Source of the DNA: a candidate division FCPU426 bacterium
GTDB lineage: Bacteria > Oederibacteriota > PGYV01 > Palsa-1178
NCBI GenBank assembly: GCA_963840035.1
Contig: CAWIXE010000001.1
Location: 768,001-832,000, forward strand
Length of the DNA: 64,000 nucleotides
Reading direction: 5' to 3'
The notes below the pieces were generated by a model. That model was given only the letters and a program-made list of their open reading frames with translations. It was not told where the DNA came from and ran no database searches. This document shows positions 9,222 through 18,105 of the stretch, one piece after another. Numbering within the stretch: position 1 is the first letter of the stretch; each line of letters opens with the position of its first letter. The position numbers were made by a program, and so were the translations under genes.

Positions 9222-11756
9222 ATGGAAAATAATACTGATATGAAAAAAGGACTTTCCGGGGATGAGGCCGCGTTCAGGCTGAAGACGCACGGGCCCAACA
9301 GGCTTCCGGAAGCTGAAAAAAAATCGGTCTTTAAGATAGCCTTTGAAGTTGTAAGGGAGCCGATGTTCCTGCTTTTAGTGGCATGCGGCACGCTCTACCT
9401 TATATTGGGCGACATCGAAGAGGCGCTTATGCTCCTTGGTTTTGTATTTGTGGTAATGGGAATAACTTTTTATCAGGAAAGAAAAACAGAACGCGCGCTT
9501 GAGGCGCTGCGGGACCTGTCAAGCCCGAGGGCGCTTGTCATAAGGGATTCCGTAAGGATACGCGTCCCGGGCAGCGAAGTGGTGCCCGGCGACCTGGTGG
9601 TGTTAAGCGAAGGGGACAGGGTGCCGGCGGACGGCATCGTGGTGGAGTGCGGGAACCTTTCCGTAGACGAATCCCTTTTAACGGGCGAGTCCGTGTCTGT
9701 AAGGAAAACAACAGGAAGCACGGACGCGGACATGGGAAAACCGGGCGGGGATAACATGCCTTTTGTTTTTTCAGGGACGCTTATCGTAAGCGGACACGGC
9801 CTGGCCCTGATAAAAAAGACCGGAATTGAAACCGAGATAGGAAAGATAGGCAAAGCCCTATCAAAAGTGGAGCTGGAAAACACACTGCTGCAGAAGGAAA
9901 CCTCTTACCTTGTCAGGAATATCGCCGTTATAGGCGTGATTTTGTGCGCTGCTGTTTTTGTCATATTCGGCCTTACAAGGCAGGACTGGATAAAGGGGTT
10001 CCTCGCGGGGTTAAGCCTTGCCATGGCCATGCTGCCGGAAGAGTTCCCGGTGGTGCTGACCATATTTTTCGCGCTGGGCGCGTGGAGGCTCTCAAAGGTA
10101 AAAGTCCTTGCCCGCCGCGTCCCCGTAATAGAGACTCTCGGATCGGCCACTGTTTTGTGCGTGGATAAGACAGGGACACTGACCCAGAACATGATGAAAG
10201 TAAAAAAGATATACACGCGCGGAAAAATGCACGACGTGGAAGAAAGGGTGCCGGCAAACACCATTGAAGCGGTATTTTTCGGCGCCATGGCGTGCCAGAA
10301 GGACCCGTTTGACCCCATGGAAAAGGCCTTTAAGGAACTGCTTAAACTCGGCGGCCCTGAAGCGGAAGGCGGATCCGCGGAATTTACGGAAGTCAGGCAT
10401 TACCCGATATCCAACGCCATGCTGGCCGTGACCTATGTGCTTAAGGATAAAAAGGGCGGCTTAATAGCCGCGGCAAAAGGCGCGCCCGAGGCTGTCGCGA
10501 AATTATGCGGGATAAAGGATGAAAAGTTAAAAGTGTATTTGAGCACAGTGTCAGAAATGGCAAATGAAGGGATGCGCGTGATAGGGATAGCCAAAGCCGT
10601 GCCGCCAAAAGGAAACCTTCCTGAAACGCAGGATGGATTTGAATTTGAACTGCTCGGCCTCGCCGGGCTTGCCGACCCTGTCAGGCCGTCGGTTAAGGGC
10701 GCAGTGCAGGAATGCTACAGCGCGGGCATACGCGTGGTTATGATAACCGGGGATTACGCCGGTACCGCGAAGTGCATAGCCGGGCAGATAGGCTTAAAAA
10801 ACCATGACATAGCCATAACCGGCGAAGAACTTGAAAAGATGAATGACGATGAGCTGTCGGTGAAAATAAAGGTGTGCAATATTTTTGCGCGCGTGGTGCC
10901 GGAACAGAAGTTAAAGCTTGTAAAAGCCTTAAAAGCCAACGGCGAAATAGTGGCCATGACAGGGGACGGCGTTAATGACGCGCCCGCCCTGAAATCGGCG
11001 CACATCGGCATATCCATGGGAGGCAGGGGGACGGATGTGGCCAGGGAGGCATCCTCCATGGTGCTTCTTGAGGATGATTTTTCCTCCATAGTTCAGGCCG
11101 TAAGGATGGGCAGGAGGATATTTGAAAATATAAAAAAGGCCCTGTCGTATATAATTTCCGTCCACGTTCCCATAGCAGGGCTTTCGCTGATTCCGGTAAT
11201 TTTTAAGTGGCCGCTTATCCTCATGCCGGTGCACATAGTATTTCTGGAGCTCATCATAGACCCGGCGTGCTCAACGGTATTTGAGGGCGAGGCCGAGGAA
11301 AAGGATTCCATGAAAAAACCGCCGCGCGACAGGACTAAAAAAGTATTCGGCGCGGCCATGATCGGCGCCGCCGTATGCCAGGGGCTCGCTGTCATGGCGG
11401 TAATACTGTGCGTGATGTTCATCTCAGGCAGGATAAACGCAAGCGAGGAGGAGTCAAGGGCCATGGCTTTTACCACGCTTGTTGTGGCAAACATGGGGCT
11501 GATACTTACAAACCTTTCCAGAACAAGGAACATATTTGAAATCGCGGCAGGGCCGAATAAAACAAAATGGTGGATTCTGTCCGGCGCGGCAGTTATGCTC
11601 GCGGCGGTTTTATGCGTGCCGTTTCTGCGCGAATTATTCAGGTTTGGCAAACTCCATGCCGGGGACGTGCTTTTATGCGTCGCTGCAGGCGCGGCGTCCA
11701 TTATGATATTTGAAATTTTAAAAATTGTACAGGGACGTAAAATGCAAAAAACATAA
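9222..11756 (+). CDS. Cation-translocating P-type ATPase (type II, Ca2+-like)
   Basis: DESLLTGES, PEE, DKTGT, MITGD, TGDGVNDAP motifs. Confidence 0.95.
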   Translation: MENNTDMKKGLSGDEAAFRLKTHGPNRLPEAEKKSVFKIAFEVVREPMFLLLVACGTLYLILGDIEEALMLLGFVFVVMGITFYQERKTERALEALRDLSSPRALVIRDSVRIRVPGSEVVPGDLVVLSEGDRVPADGIVVECGNLSVDESLLTGESVSVRKTTGSTDADMGKPGGDNMPFVFSGTLIVSGHGLALIKKTGIETEIGKIGKALSKVELENTLLQKETSYLVRNIAVIGVILCAAVFVIFGLTRQDWIKGFLAGLSLAMAMLPEEFPVVLTIFFALGAWRLSKVKVLARRVPVIETLGSATVLCVDKTGTLTQNMMKVKKIYTRGKMHDVEERVPANTIEAVFFGAMACQKDPFDPMEKAFKELLKLGGPEAEGGSAEFTEVRHYPISNAMLAVTYVLKDKKGGLIAAAKGAPEAVAKLCGIKDEKLKVYLSTVSEMANEGMRVIGIAKAVPPKGNLPETQDGFEFELLGLAGLADPVRPSVKGAVQECYSAGIRVVMITGDYAGTAKCIAGQIGLKNHDIAITGEELEKMNDDELSVKIKVCNIFARVVPEQKLKLVKALKANGEIVAMTGDGVNDAPALKSAHIGISMGGRGTDVAREASSMVLLEDDFSSIVQAVRMGRRIFENIKKALSYIISVHVPIAGLSLIPVIFKWPLILMPVHIVFLELIIDPACSTVFEGEAEEKDSMKKPPRDRTKKVFGAAMIGAAVCQGLAVMAVILCVMFISGRINASEEESRAMAFTTLVVANMGLILTNLSRTRNIFEIAAGPNKTKWWILSGAAVMLAAVLCVPFLRELFRFGKLHAGDVLLCVAAGAASIMIFEILKIVQGRKMQKT

Positions 11757-11883
11757 AAGACCGGCCCGGCAGGGACCATACCCCCCAACCCAAGCTTTAC
11801 CCCTTTAACCCTGCCGGGCCTTCTTAAAATGCGCCGCATAATAAAAGGCGGGACGCAGCAAGCTGTGTCTCTTATACGGTTTT

Positions 11884-12008
11884 GTAGAGCCGCCGCTTGC
11901 TGCGGCTCAAACGCCGGGTTTAAATTTGTTGTGGTATTTATTATGTTTTATTCATAAACATACGTTTTAATACAGGATACCTTGAGCCGCAGCAAGCGGC
12001 GGCTCTAC
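11884..12008. repeat. GTAG REP doublet (REPIN-like)
   Basis: GTAGAGCCGCCGCTTGCTGCGGCTC and its exact reverse complement GAGCCGCAGCAAGCGGCGGCTCTAC. Confidence 0.9.
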
Positions 12009-12040
12009 AAAAAACTAGTCTATAGGTTCCGTGGCTGCCC

Positions 12041-12068
12041 TTGACAAATCCCTTAAAACCCATATAAT
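12041..12068 (+). promoter_or_regulatory. sigma70-type promoter
   Basis: TTGACA-16 bp-TATAAT upstream of the small ORF at 12097. Confidence 0.75.
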
Positions 12069-12096
12069 CAATCAAATCCTATAAACAGGAGTTTTT

Positions 12097-12255
12097 ATGA
12101 ACCTCTGGCAGCAGATAAAAGACGCGTTTTATAAGCTTATCATAAAAGTGGATAACGGTTTTTTGTGCGACACGTGCAGATACAACCACCCGACAGACTG
12201 CAACGAGCCGGACAGGCCCAACGCTAAGGTTTGCAGGGAGTATAAACATAAGTAG
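12097..12255 (+). CDS. 52-aa Cys-rich small protein (absent from the ORF track)
   Basis: AGGAG RBS and consensus promoter; MNLWQQIKDAFYKLIIKVDNGFLCDTCRYNHPTDCNEPDRPNAKVCREYKHK. Confidence 0.7.
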   Translation: MNLWQQIKDAFYKLIIKVDNGFLCDTCRYNHPTDCNEPDRPNAKVCREYKHK

Positions 12256-12257
12256 TT

Positions 12258-12367
12258 TATTTTAGATTTTATATTTTAAATTTTCGATTTATGGTATTCC
12301 ATGGCGATATTATAATAGAGCCGCGGAGCACATTAAATCTAAAATTTTAAATTGAAAATATAAAATT
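12258..12367. repeat. AT-heptamer inverted-arm element with a conserved core (copy B, inverted relative to copy A)
   Basis: Core ATTTATGGTATTCCATGG..TATTATAATAGAGCCGCGGAGCAC is the reverse complement of the 7829 core. Confidence 0.85.
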
Positions 12368-12380
12368 AAGGAGTTTTTAA

Positions 12381-12626
12381 ATGCCAACATACACTTACGA
12401 ATGCAAGGCCTGCGGGGTTTTCGAGGACGAACACTCCATAAAGCAGGACGCCCATGCCATCTGCCCGAAGTGCGGGGGCAAGGAGATAAAGCGGCTTATA
12501 GGACAGAATACAAACTTTATCTTAAAAGGCAGCGGGTTTTATCAGAACGATTATAAGAACAAACCGGAAGCGCCGACGCCATGTGCGGGTTGTGATAAGG
12601 CTAAGTCGGGGGAATGCGGCGGATAA
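12381..12626 (+). CDS. FmdB-family zinc-ribbon protein
   Basis: MPTYTYECKACG..CPKCG..FILKGSGFYQNDY. Confidence 0.9.
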   Translation: MPTYTYECKACGVFEDEHSIKQDAHAICPKCGGKEIKRLIGQNTNFILKGSGFYQNDYKNKPEAPTPCAGCDKAKSGECGG

Positions 12627-12629
12627 TAC

Positions 12630-13135
12630 ATTTAAAAAGTTAAATTTGAAATTTAAAATTGAATTATAAGGGGCAAATGCAGTACAGCAGGAAAAGGGCT
12701 CAGAAACATAGGGGGGTAAATGGATAAGAACGACTTAAAATTGAGGACAAAAAGATTTGCTTTGAAAATTATTGATTTTTCAAACAGCATCCCTTTGTCC
12801 AAACAAGGAAAGGTTATTGAAGGGCAGATCATCAGGAGTGGGACGTCTGTCGGATCGAACTACAGGAGCACATGCAGTTCAAAATCCCGCAGGGATTTTA
12901 TTAATAAGCTTTCTATCGTGCTTGAAGAAATTGATGAAACCAAGTATTGGCTGGAATTGCTTGAAGAATCAGGGACTGTTCCAAAAGAAACCATTGCTCC
13001 AATTTATGATGAAGCAAGCCAAATAATGGCAATTATAGTGGCGTCATTAAAAACGGCAAAGTTGAATGGCGCCAAAAAGCAGGCAGTAAGTGCTTAATGT
13101 TTCAATTTTAAATTTTAGATTTAAAATTTCAAATT
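12630..13135. mobile_element. Candidate element: four-helix-bundle gene between inverted AT-heptamer arms
   Basis: Left arm ATTTAAAAAGTTAAATTTGAAATTTAAAATTGAA, right arm TTCAATTTTAAATTTTAGATTTAAAATTTCAAATT; empty copy at 25709; mobility is inferred. Confidence 0.55.
12720..13097 (+). CDS. Four-helix-bundle protein (TIGR02436 / 23S rRNA IVP-like)
   Basis: RTKRFAL..QIIRSGTSVGSNYR..SRRDFINKLSIVLEEIDETKYWLELL. Confidence 0.9.
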   Translation: MDKNDLKLRTKRFALKIIDFSNSIPLSKQGKVIEGQIIRSGTSVGSNYRSTCSSKSRRDFINKLSIVLEEIDETKYWLELLEESGTVPKETIAPIYDEASQIMAIIVASLKTAKLNGAKKQAVSA

Positions 13136-13148
13136 ACCTGGAGATTTT

Positions 13149-14429
13149 ATGAACGTAAGCGCAGTAATCATGGCCGCGGGCAAGGGGACGCGCATGATAT
13201 CGGACAAGACAAAGGTGCTTCACGAAGTCGCGGGCAAGCCAATGCTGGGGCATGTCATAGACGCCTGCTATGAGGCGGGAATTAAGGACGTTGTCATCAT
13301 AGCCGGCGCCAACTATTCCGAGCTTAAGGGCTTCACGGATAAAGCTTACGCCGGCTGCGGCATCAAGTTTGTCATCCAGAAAAAGCAGCTCGGGACCGCG
13401 CATGCCATTTCAACGGCTTTGAAGGCGCGCATACCTTATAAGGAAGCAGTCCTCATATTAAGCGGCGACGTACCCATGATCCAGGCCTCCACTTTGCGCG
13501 AACTTATAATGGAGTTTACAAAAGAAAAGTGCGGTGGTATAATCTGTTCCTCAAAAGTGGACGACCCTCACGGGTATGGAAGGGTCATACGGGACAGCCA
13601 GGGCTCTATAATAAGGATAGTCGAGGAGAAAAACGCCTCGGATGAGCAGAAGAAAATCAACCTTATAAACGGCGGGATTTACATATTTAACAGGGATTTG
13701 CTCAAAAAATATATAAGCAGGGTGAAGTTGGACCCGGTCAAGAAAGAGTACTATCTGACCGACCTTGCGGCTTTGATGGCGGAAAAATCCATAATAATAA
13801 GGCCAAAAATCACGGATTACCTCGAGGTTTCAGGGGTAAACGACAGGGTGCAGCTGATGGAAACAGGAAAGCTTAAGAATAAAAAAACTCTTGAAAAGTT
13901 AGCGAAAAATGGTATAACTATTGTTGATTTTGATACGGTTTTTATTGATGAAAATGTGAGTATCGGCAAGGATACTGTCATACAACCATTCACTGTCATC
14001 AGAGGAAAAACCTCCATCGGCAAAGGCTGTAACATCGGGCCGTTTGCCCACATAAGGCCGGACACGATAATCGGCGATTTTTGCAAGATCGGCAATTATG
14101 TGGAAATTAAAAAATCGAAGATAGGAAGCCACACTAATGTGGCTCATTTGAGTTATATTGGCGACGCCGAGCTTGGCGATAAAGTAAACATCGGCGCGGG
14201 CACCATCACATGCAATTATGACGGTTTTAAGAAGAATAAAACCGTGATTGGAAACAATGTTTTTGTGGGAAGCGACACGAAATTTGTCGCCCCGGTAAAA
14301 ATCGGTAATGACGTAGTAATCGCAGCCGGATCTGTAATAACGGAGGACGTGCCGGGAGGCGCGCTGGCAGTAGCCAGGGCCAGGCAGGTAAATAAGGAAA
14401 AATGGACGAAAAACAGGAGAGCAAAATGA
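13149..14429 (+). CDS. glmU: Bifunctional UDP-GlcNAc pyrophosphorylase / glucosamine-1-P acetyltransferase
   Basis: MAAGKGTRM, QLGTAHA, EYYLTD, HLSYIGDA, TCNYDG; hexapeptide repeats. Confidence 0.95.
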   Translation: MNVSAVIMAAGKGTRMISDKTKVLHEVAGKPMLGHVIDACYEAGIKDVVIIAGANYSELKGFTDKAYAGCGIKFVIQKKQLGTAHAISTALKARIPYKEAVLILSGDVPMIQASTLRELIMEFTKEKCGGIICSSKVDDPHGYGRVIRDSQGSIIRIVEEKNASDEQKKINLINGGIYIFNRDLLKKYISRVKLDPVKKEYYLTDLAALMAEKSIIIRPKITDYLEVSGVNDRVQLMETGKLKNKKTLEKLAKNGITIVDFDTVFIDENVSIGKDTVIQPFTVIRGKTSIGKGCNIGPFAHIRPDTIIGDFCKIGNYVEIKKSKIGSHTNVAHLSYIGDAELGDKVNIGAGTITCNYDGFKKNKTVIGNNVFVGSDTKFVAPVKIGNDVVIAAGSVITEDVPGGALAVARARQVNKEKWTKNRRAK

Positions 14430-15352
14430 TAATATTTTCCGGCAACTCGAACTTAAAGCTGGCTTCAGCTGTAGCGGCGGAAATGAAGATGAAACTCGGC
14501 GACGCGCTCGTGGGAAAGTTCCCCGAAGGCGAAGTCAGGATTAAGATAAATGAAAACGTGCGCGGCAAGGACGTGTTTGTGATACAGTCCACCTGCGCGC
14601 CGACTAACGATAATTTAATGGAACTGCTCGCCATGATAGACGCCTTAAAAAGGGCGTCGGCCAAAAGGATCACGGCGGTGCTTCCTTTTTACGGATACGC
14701 CAGGCAGGACAGGAAAGACCAGCCGAGGGTGCCGATAACGGCGAAACTCGTGGCAAACTTATTGACGACAGCCGGGGCGCACAGGGTGCTTACCATGGAT
14801 TTGCACGCCGGACAGATACAGGGATTCTTTGACATCCCGGTCGACCATCTGCTGGCGGCGCCGGTATTCATAAATTATTTCAAGAAAAAGAAACTCAAAA
14901 ATTTTGTAATATCAACCTCGGATATCGGCGGCATAAAGCTGGCATGGTATTTCGCAGAGAAGCTGGGCACGGAGCTTGCCATAGTCGATAAGAAGCGCAG
15001 CGGCCCTGAAACGGTCGAGGCCATGCACATGATAGGCGACGTAAAGGGAAAAGACGTCATCATACCGGACGACATGATAGCCACGGGCGGAACGCTCGTG
15101 CAGGCAGCCAAGTTCCTAAAGGCAAAAGGGGCGCGCGACATATATGCCTGCATGACACACGGGCTTTTCTCAGGCACTGCCGTGGAAAAGATAGCGGAGT
15201 CGCCGATCAAGGAAGTCGTGGTTACTGATACTATACCGCAGGACGCAAGGAAAGAAGTAAAGAAGATAAAAGTATTATCGGTTGCCGAACTTTTTGGCGA
15301 GGCCATAACCAGGATACACGAGGAAAAGACGATATCCCAGCTGTTTAAATAA
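14426..15352 (+). CDS. prs: Ribose-phosphate pyrophosphokinase
   Basis: YGYARQDRK, MDLHAGQIQGFF, DDMIATGGT; ATGA overlap with glmU. Confidence 0.97.
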   Translation: MIIFSGNSNLKLASAVAAEMKMKLGDALVGKFPEGEVRIKINENVRGKDVFVIQSTCAPTNDNLMELLAMIDALKRASAKRITAVLPFYGYARQDRKDQPRVPITAKLVANLLTTAGAHRVLTMDLHAGQIQGFFDIPVDHLLAAPVFINYFKKKKLKNFVISTSDIGGIKLAWYFAEKLGTELAIVDKKRSGPETVEAMHMIGDVKGKDVIIPDDMIATGGTLVQAAKFLKAKGARDIYACMTHGLFSGTAVEKIAESPIKEVVVTDTIPQDARKEVKKIKVLSVAELFGEAITRIHEEKTISQLFK

Positions 15353-15498
15353 GCAGCAGTCAACGAATCTATCGGACGCTTGAAAAACGTCCTGATATAG
15401 CACCGGACCTAAAGTTTTGCACGCGCGGAAAACGGGTCCGGCGGGCTAATAGAAAACCGGACAGCAGAACGTTGTCAAGGAAAGCAGGAGGAAGAGAA

Positions 15499-16245
15499 AT
15501 GGAAAAAGTGATTTTGGAAGCGGCGACAAGAGAAGGAAAGGTGGAATCAAGAAAAGTGAGAAAAGAAGGAAAAGTACCGGCGGTATTGTACGGAAAAGAA
15601 ACTAAGAGCATGCCCATAGAAATTAAGATCAGGGACATCGAGAAAACGGTAAAACACCTGTCAGAAGGGACGCTTTTAATAACCTTAAAGCTTACCGGCA
15701 AGGGTATGAATGAGGAAAAGATCGTAGTCATCCAGGAAGTCCAGAGGGACCCGAAGACTGACGAGATCATCCACGCGGATTTCAAGCAGATCAGCGAAAA
15801 AGAAAAATCAACCTTTAAAGTGCCTGTGTTCTCAACCGGCGCATCAGAAGGCGTAAAGATCGGCGGAGTCCTGGAGTTCATCACCAGGTATATTACGGTA
15901 AGGTGCCTGCCCAAGGACCTCCCGCAGAAGTTTGAACTCGACATCACGCCGCTTATGATCGGCGACGACATCACTGTTGCCGGACTGCCCAAGATAGAGG
16001 GCGTCGAAGTAATGACTGACCCGCATAAGGTCATATTCACCTGCGTTTCCCACAAGATCGAGGAAGCGCCGAAGCCGGAAGACGCGGCAGCGGCAGCAAC
16101 TGCGGAAGGCGCGCAGCCCGAGCTTATCAAGAAACCGGGAGCTGAAGAAGAAGGCGCTGAAGGCGCCGCACCGGCGGCAGGAGCAAAAGGAGCGGCCCCG
16201 GCAAAGGGAGCTGCGGCACCTGCGAAGGACGCAAAGAAGAAATAA
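15499..16245 (+). CDS. rplY: 50S ribosomal protein L25/Ctc
   Basis: VPAVLYG, HADF, GVKIGG motifs; prs-rplY-pth synteny; Ala/Lys-rich tail. Confidence 0.93.
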   Translation: MEKVILEAATREGKVESRKVRKEGKVPAVLYGKETKSMPIEIKIRDIEKTVKHLSEGTLLITLKLTGKGMNEEKIVVIQEVQRDPKTDEIIHADFKQISEKEKSTFKVPVFSTGASEGVKIGGVLEFITRYITVRCLPKDLPQKFELDITPLMIGDDITVAGLPKIEGVEVMTDPHKVIFTCVSHKIEEAPKPEDAAAAATAEGAQPELIKKPGAEEEGAEGAAPAAGAKGAAPAKGAAAPAKDAKKK

Positions 16246-16266
16246 CACCCAAAAGGTGTTTTATAC

Positions 16267-16298
16267 AAAGGCCCGCGGAAACGCGGGCCTTTTTTTTT
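16267..16298 (+). terminator. Intrinsic terminator after rplY
   Basis: AGGCCCGCG-GAAA-CGCGGGCCT followed by a T run. Confidence 0.9.
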
Positions 16299-16329
16299 GG
16301 CTGAAGATGGAACAAAATGTATGTATGGT

Positions 16330-16511
16330 TGTGGCAGCTGCAGACCGGTTTTTTTCATGGATTGCGCAGTAGCGCAGGCCATGAAAAAAACCGGTCTGCA
16401 GCTGCCACAGGTTACACGGTTTTATTAATGAATTACGCAGCATAGTCCGCCGAAGCTTTAGCGAAGACGGATAGCGCAGGCCATGAAGAAACCCGCCCTG
16501 CAGCTGCCACA
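16330..16511. repeat. Long palindrome (31-bp perfect stem) plus a degenerate tandem copy with a nested mini-palindrome
   Basis: TGTGGCAGCTGCAGACCGGTTTTTTTCATGG and its exact reverse complement (16330-16409); right arm repeated to 16511. Confidence 0.85.
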
Positions 16512-16657
16512 AGCAGCGTAAACGAAAAAACGCCAATGCGACAGCTGCCAAAAAGCGGATTTTTATACCTGCTGATGAGCATAACCGCAATGCTTGATTT
16601 TTGCCGGTGTTCATAGTAAAGTATATCTACGGACTAAAACAATGAGAGAGGGAATTA

Positions 16658-17533
16658 ATGAAAAAAACACTTATATTTATTCTGCTCGGATTGATACTTG
16701 CCGCAGGGTGCGCCAAGAAAGCTCCAAGCGCCCCGGCTGATAACACCCCTGTTTCTTCAAAGACACCAACTGCCACATGGACAATAACGGGAACCGGGAC
16801 ACAAACAGCCACTTTTACAAATACCGCTACCATAACATGCACCCCCACACATACTCAGACACACACTGCCACGCCCACATCTACAGCCACGGTTACGAAC
16901 ACGCCCTTCAGCCTCATACTCAGGCAGGGCGATAATTCGTATGCCGGTACAACGGACAATTTAATTGACAAGGCAATCCCAAATAAGAATTTTGGAGGTT
17001 CTTCGTTTTTTGTTCTATCCGCGTCATCCGGCAACCCGAAAAGAATGCTTGTAAAATATGACCTGGCAGGGCAGTTTGCGGTCACAAATACAGCGGTCGG
17101 CGCGGAGTTTGTGCTTGTAACAAATAATTCGAACGGTACCGCGGCATTCGGTATGACTCCTTACAATCTGACGCATTACTGGGCCGAGGGTATTTGTTCC
17201 GGTATCGGTTGCGACGGTTATTCCTCATGGAATAATTATGACGCGGCAATGTCACTGACATGGGTATCGCCCTGGACAACGCCGGGAGGGGACTTTGACC
17301 CGGCGCCGGCGGGGCCGTCTTCCATGATAATACCCACGGGAACGCTCGGCCAGGAGTATACTTTCCGGCTCAATGAAAGCGTCATAAATGGGTGGATACA
17401 AAACGCGGCCGACAATAATGGAATTATCCTCAAGATGGACGACGAGAGCGCCTCGTCAGGATTTATTACCCCGTACACAAAACACATCGTAACAATATCG
17501 TACAGGCCCCGCCTGACGATATATTACTATTAA
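16658..17533 (+). CDS. Lipoprotein with Thr-rich linker and DNRLRE-like domain
   Basis: Lipobox LAAGC; TxT linker; YAGTTDN..NFGG..RMLVKYDL..WTTPGGDF..NNGIILK..RPRLTIYY. Confidence 0.75.
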   Translation: MKKTLIFILLGLILAAGCAKKAPSAPADNTPVSSKTPTATWTITGTGTQTATFTNTATITCTPTHTQTHTATPTSTATVTNTPFSLILRQGDNSYAGTTDNLIDKAIPNKNFGGSSFFVLSASSGNPKRMLVKYDLAGQFAVTNTAVGAEFVLVTNNSNGTAAFGMTPYNLTHYWAEGICSGIGCDGYSSWNNYDAAMSLTWVSPWTTPGGDFDPAPAGPSSMIIPTGTLGQEYTFRLNESVINGWIQNAADNNGIILKMDDESASSGFITPYTKHIVTISYRPRLTIYYY

Positions 17534-17543
17534 AGGCAAACAA

Positions 17544-18104
17544 ATGAAACTAATCGTGGGGCTCGGAAATCCCGGGCAGAAGTATGAAAAAACAAGGCAT
17601 AACATAGGTTTTCTTTTTGCCGATTATTTTGCCGGCAAACACGGCGTAAAAATGAAGAACACGGATAAGGCTGAATCCGGGGCAGGCGAAATAAGCGGCG
17701 AAAAATTCATGCTTTTAAAGCCGCAGACTTATATGAACCTTTCAGGTCAGGCAGTGCAGCCTGTTGCCGCATATAAAAAAATAGAGGTAAATGACATTCT
17801 TATAGTTCATGACGATGTTGACCTGCCGGAGTTTGATGTGCGGATAAAACGCGGCGGCGGCGACGGCGGGCATAACGGGCTTAAATCAATATCAGAACAA
17901 CTCGGAAATAATTATTACGTCCGCGTCCGTGTGGGCGTGGGCAGGCCGCCGAATCCGAACATGGATACGGCTGACTGGGTGTTAAGCGCTCTGAGCCATG
18001 AAAATCTTGACATACTGAACAAGAAGTTTGAAGTTATTGATGAATTTATAGCCAGGTATATTACTGAAGGATATGATAAGGCAGCGGGGAAGTTTAAGGG
18101 ATAG
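17544..18104 (+). CDS. pth: Peptidyl-tRNA hydrolase
   Basis: LIVGLGNPG, TRHNIGF, KPQTYMNLSG, GGHNGLKSI. Confidence 0.97.
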   Translation: MKLIVGLGNPGQKYEKTRHNIGFLFADYFAGKHGVKMKNTDKAESGAGEISGEKFMLLKPQTYMNLSGQAVQPVAAYKKIEVNDILIVHDDVDLPEFDVRIKRGGGDGGHNGLKSISEQLGNNYYVRVRVGVGRPPNPNMDTADWVLSALSHENLDILNKKFEVIDEFIARYITEGYDKAAGKFKG

Positions 18105-18105
18105 G

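Noticed and set aside
11762..11821. GC stem with a C-rich loop after the ATPase (similar one at about 49287-49342)
   Set aside because: The loops share no clear sequence; most simply 3'-end stems, too weak to call a family.
12720..13097. 23S rRNA gene or rRNA intervening sequence
   Set aside because: The flanks are protein-coding genes and there is no rRNA sequence.
14400..15498. tRNA near prs (often found in this neighbourhood)
   Set aside because: glmU and prs overlap, and no cloverleaf or T-loop consensus is visible in the prs-rplY gap.
15369..16382. 337-aa minus-strand ORF and other long antisense ORFs (e.g. 5015-5830, 11093-11839, 35591-36304, 52604-53350)
   Set aside because: They are shadows of well-supported + strand genes and have no motifs of their own.
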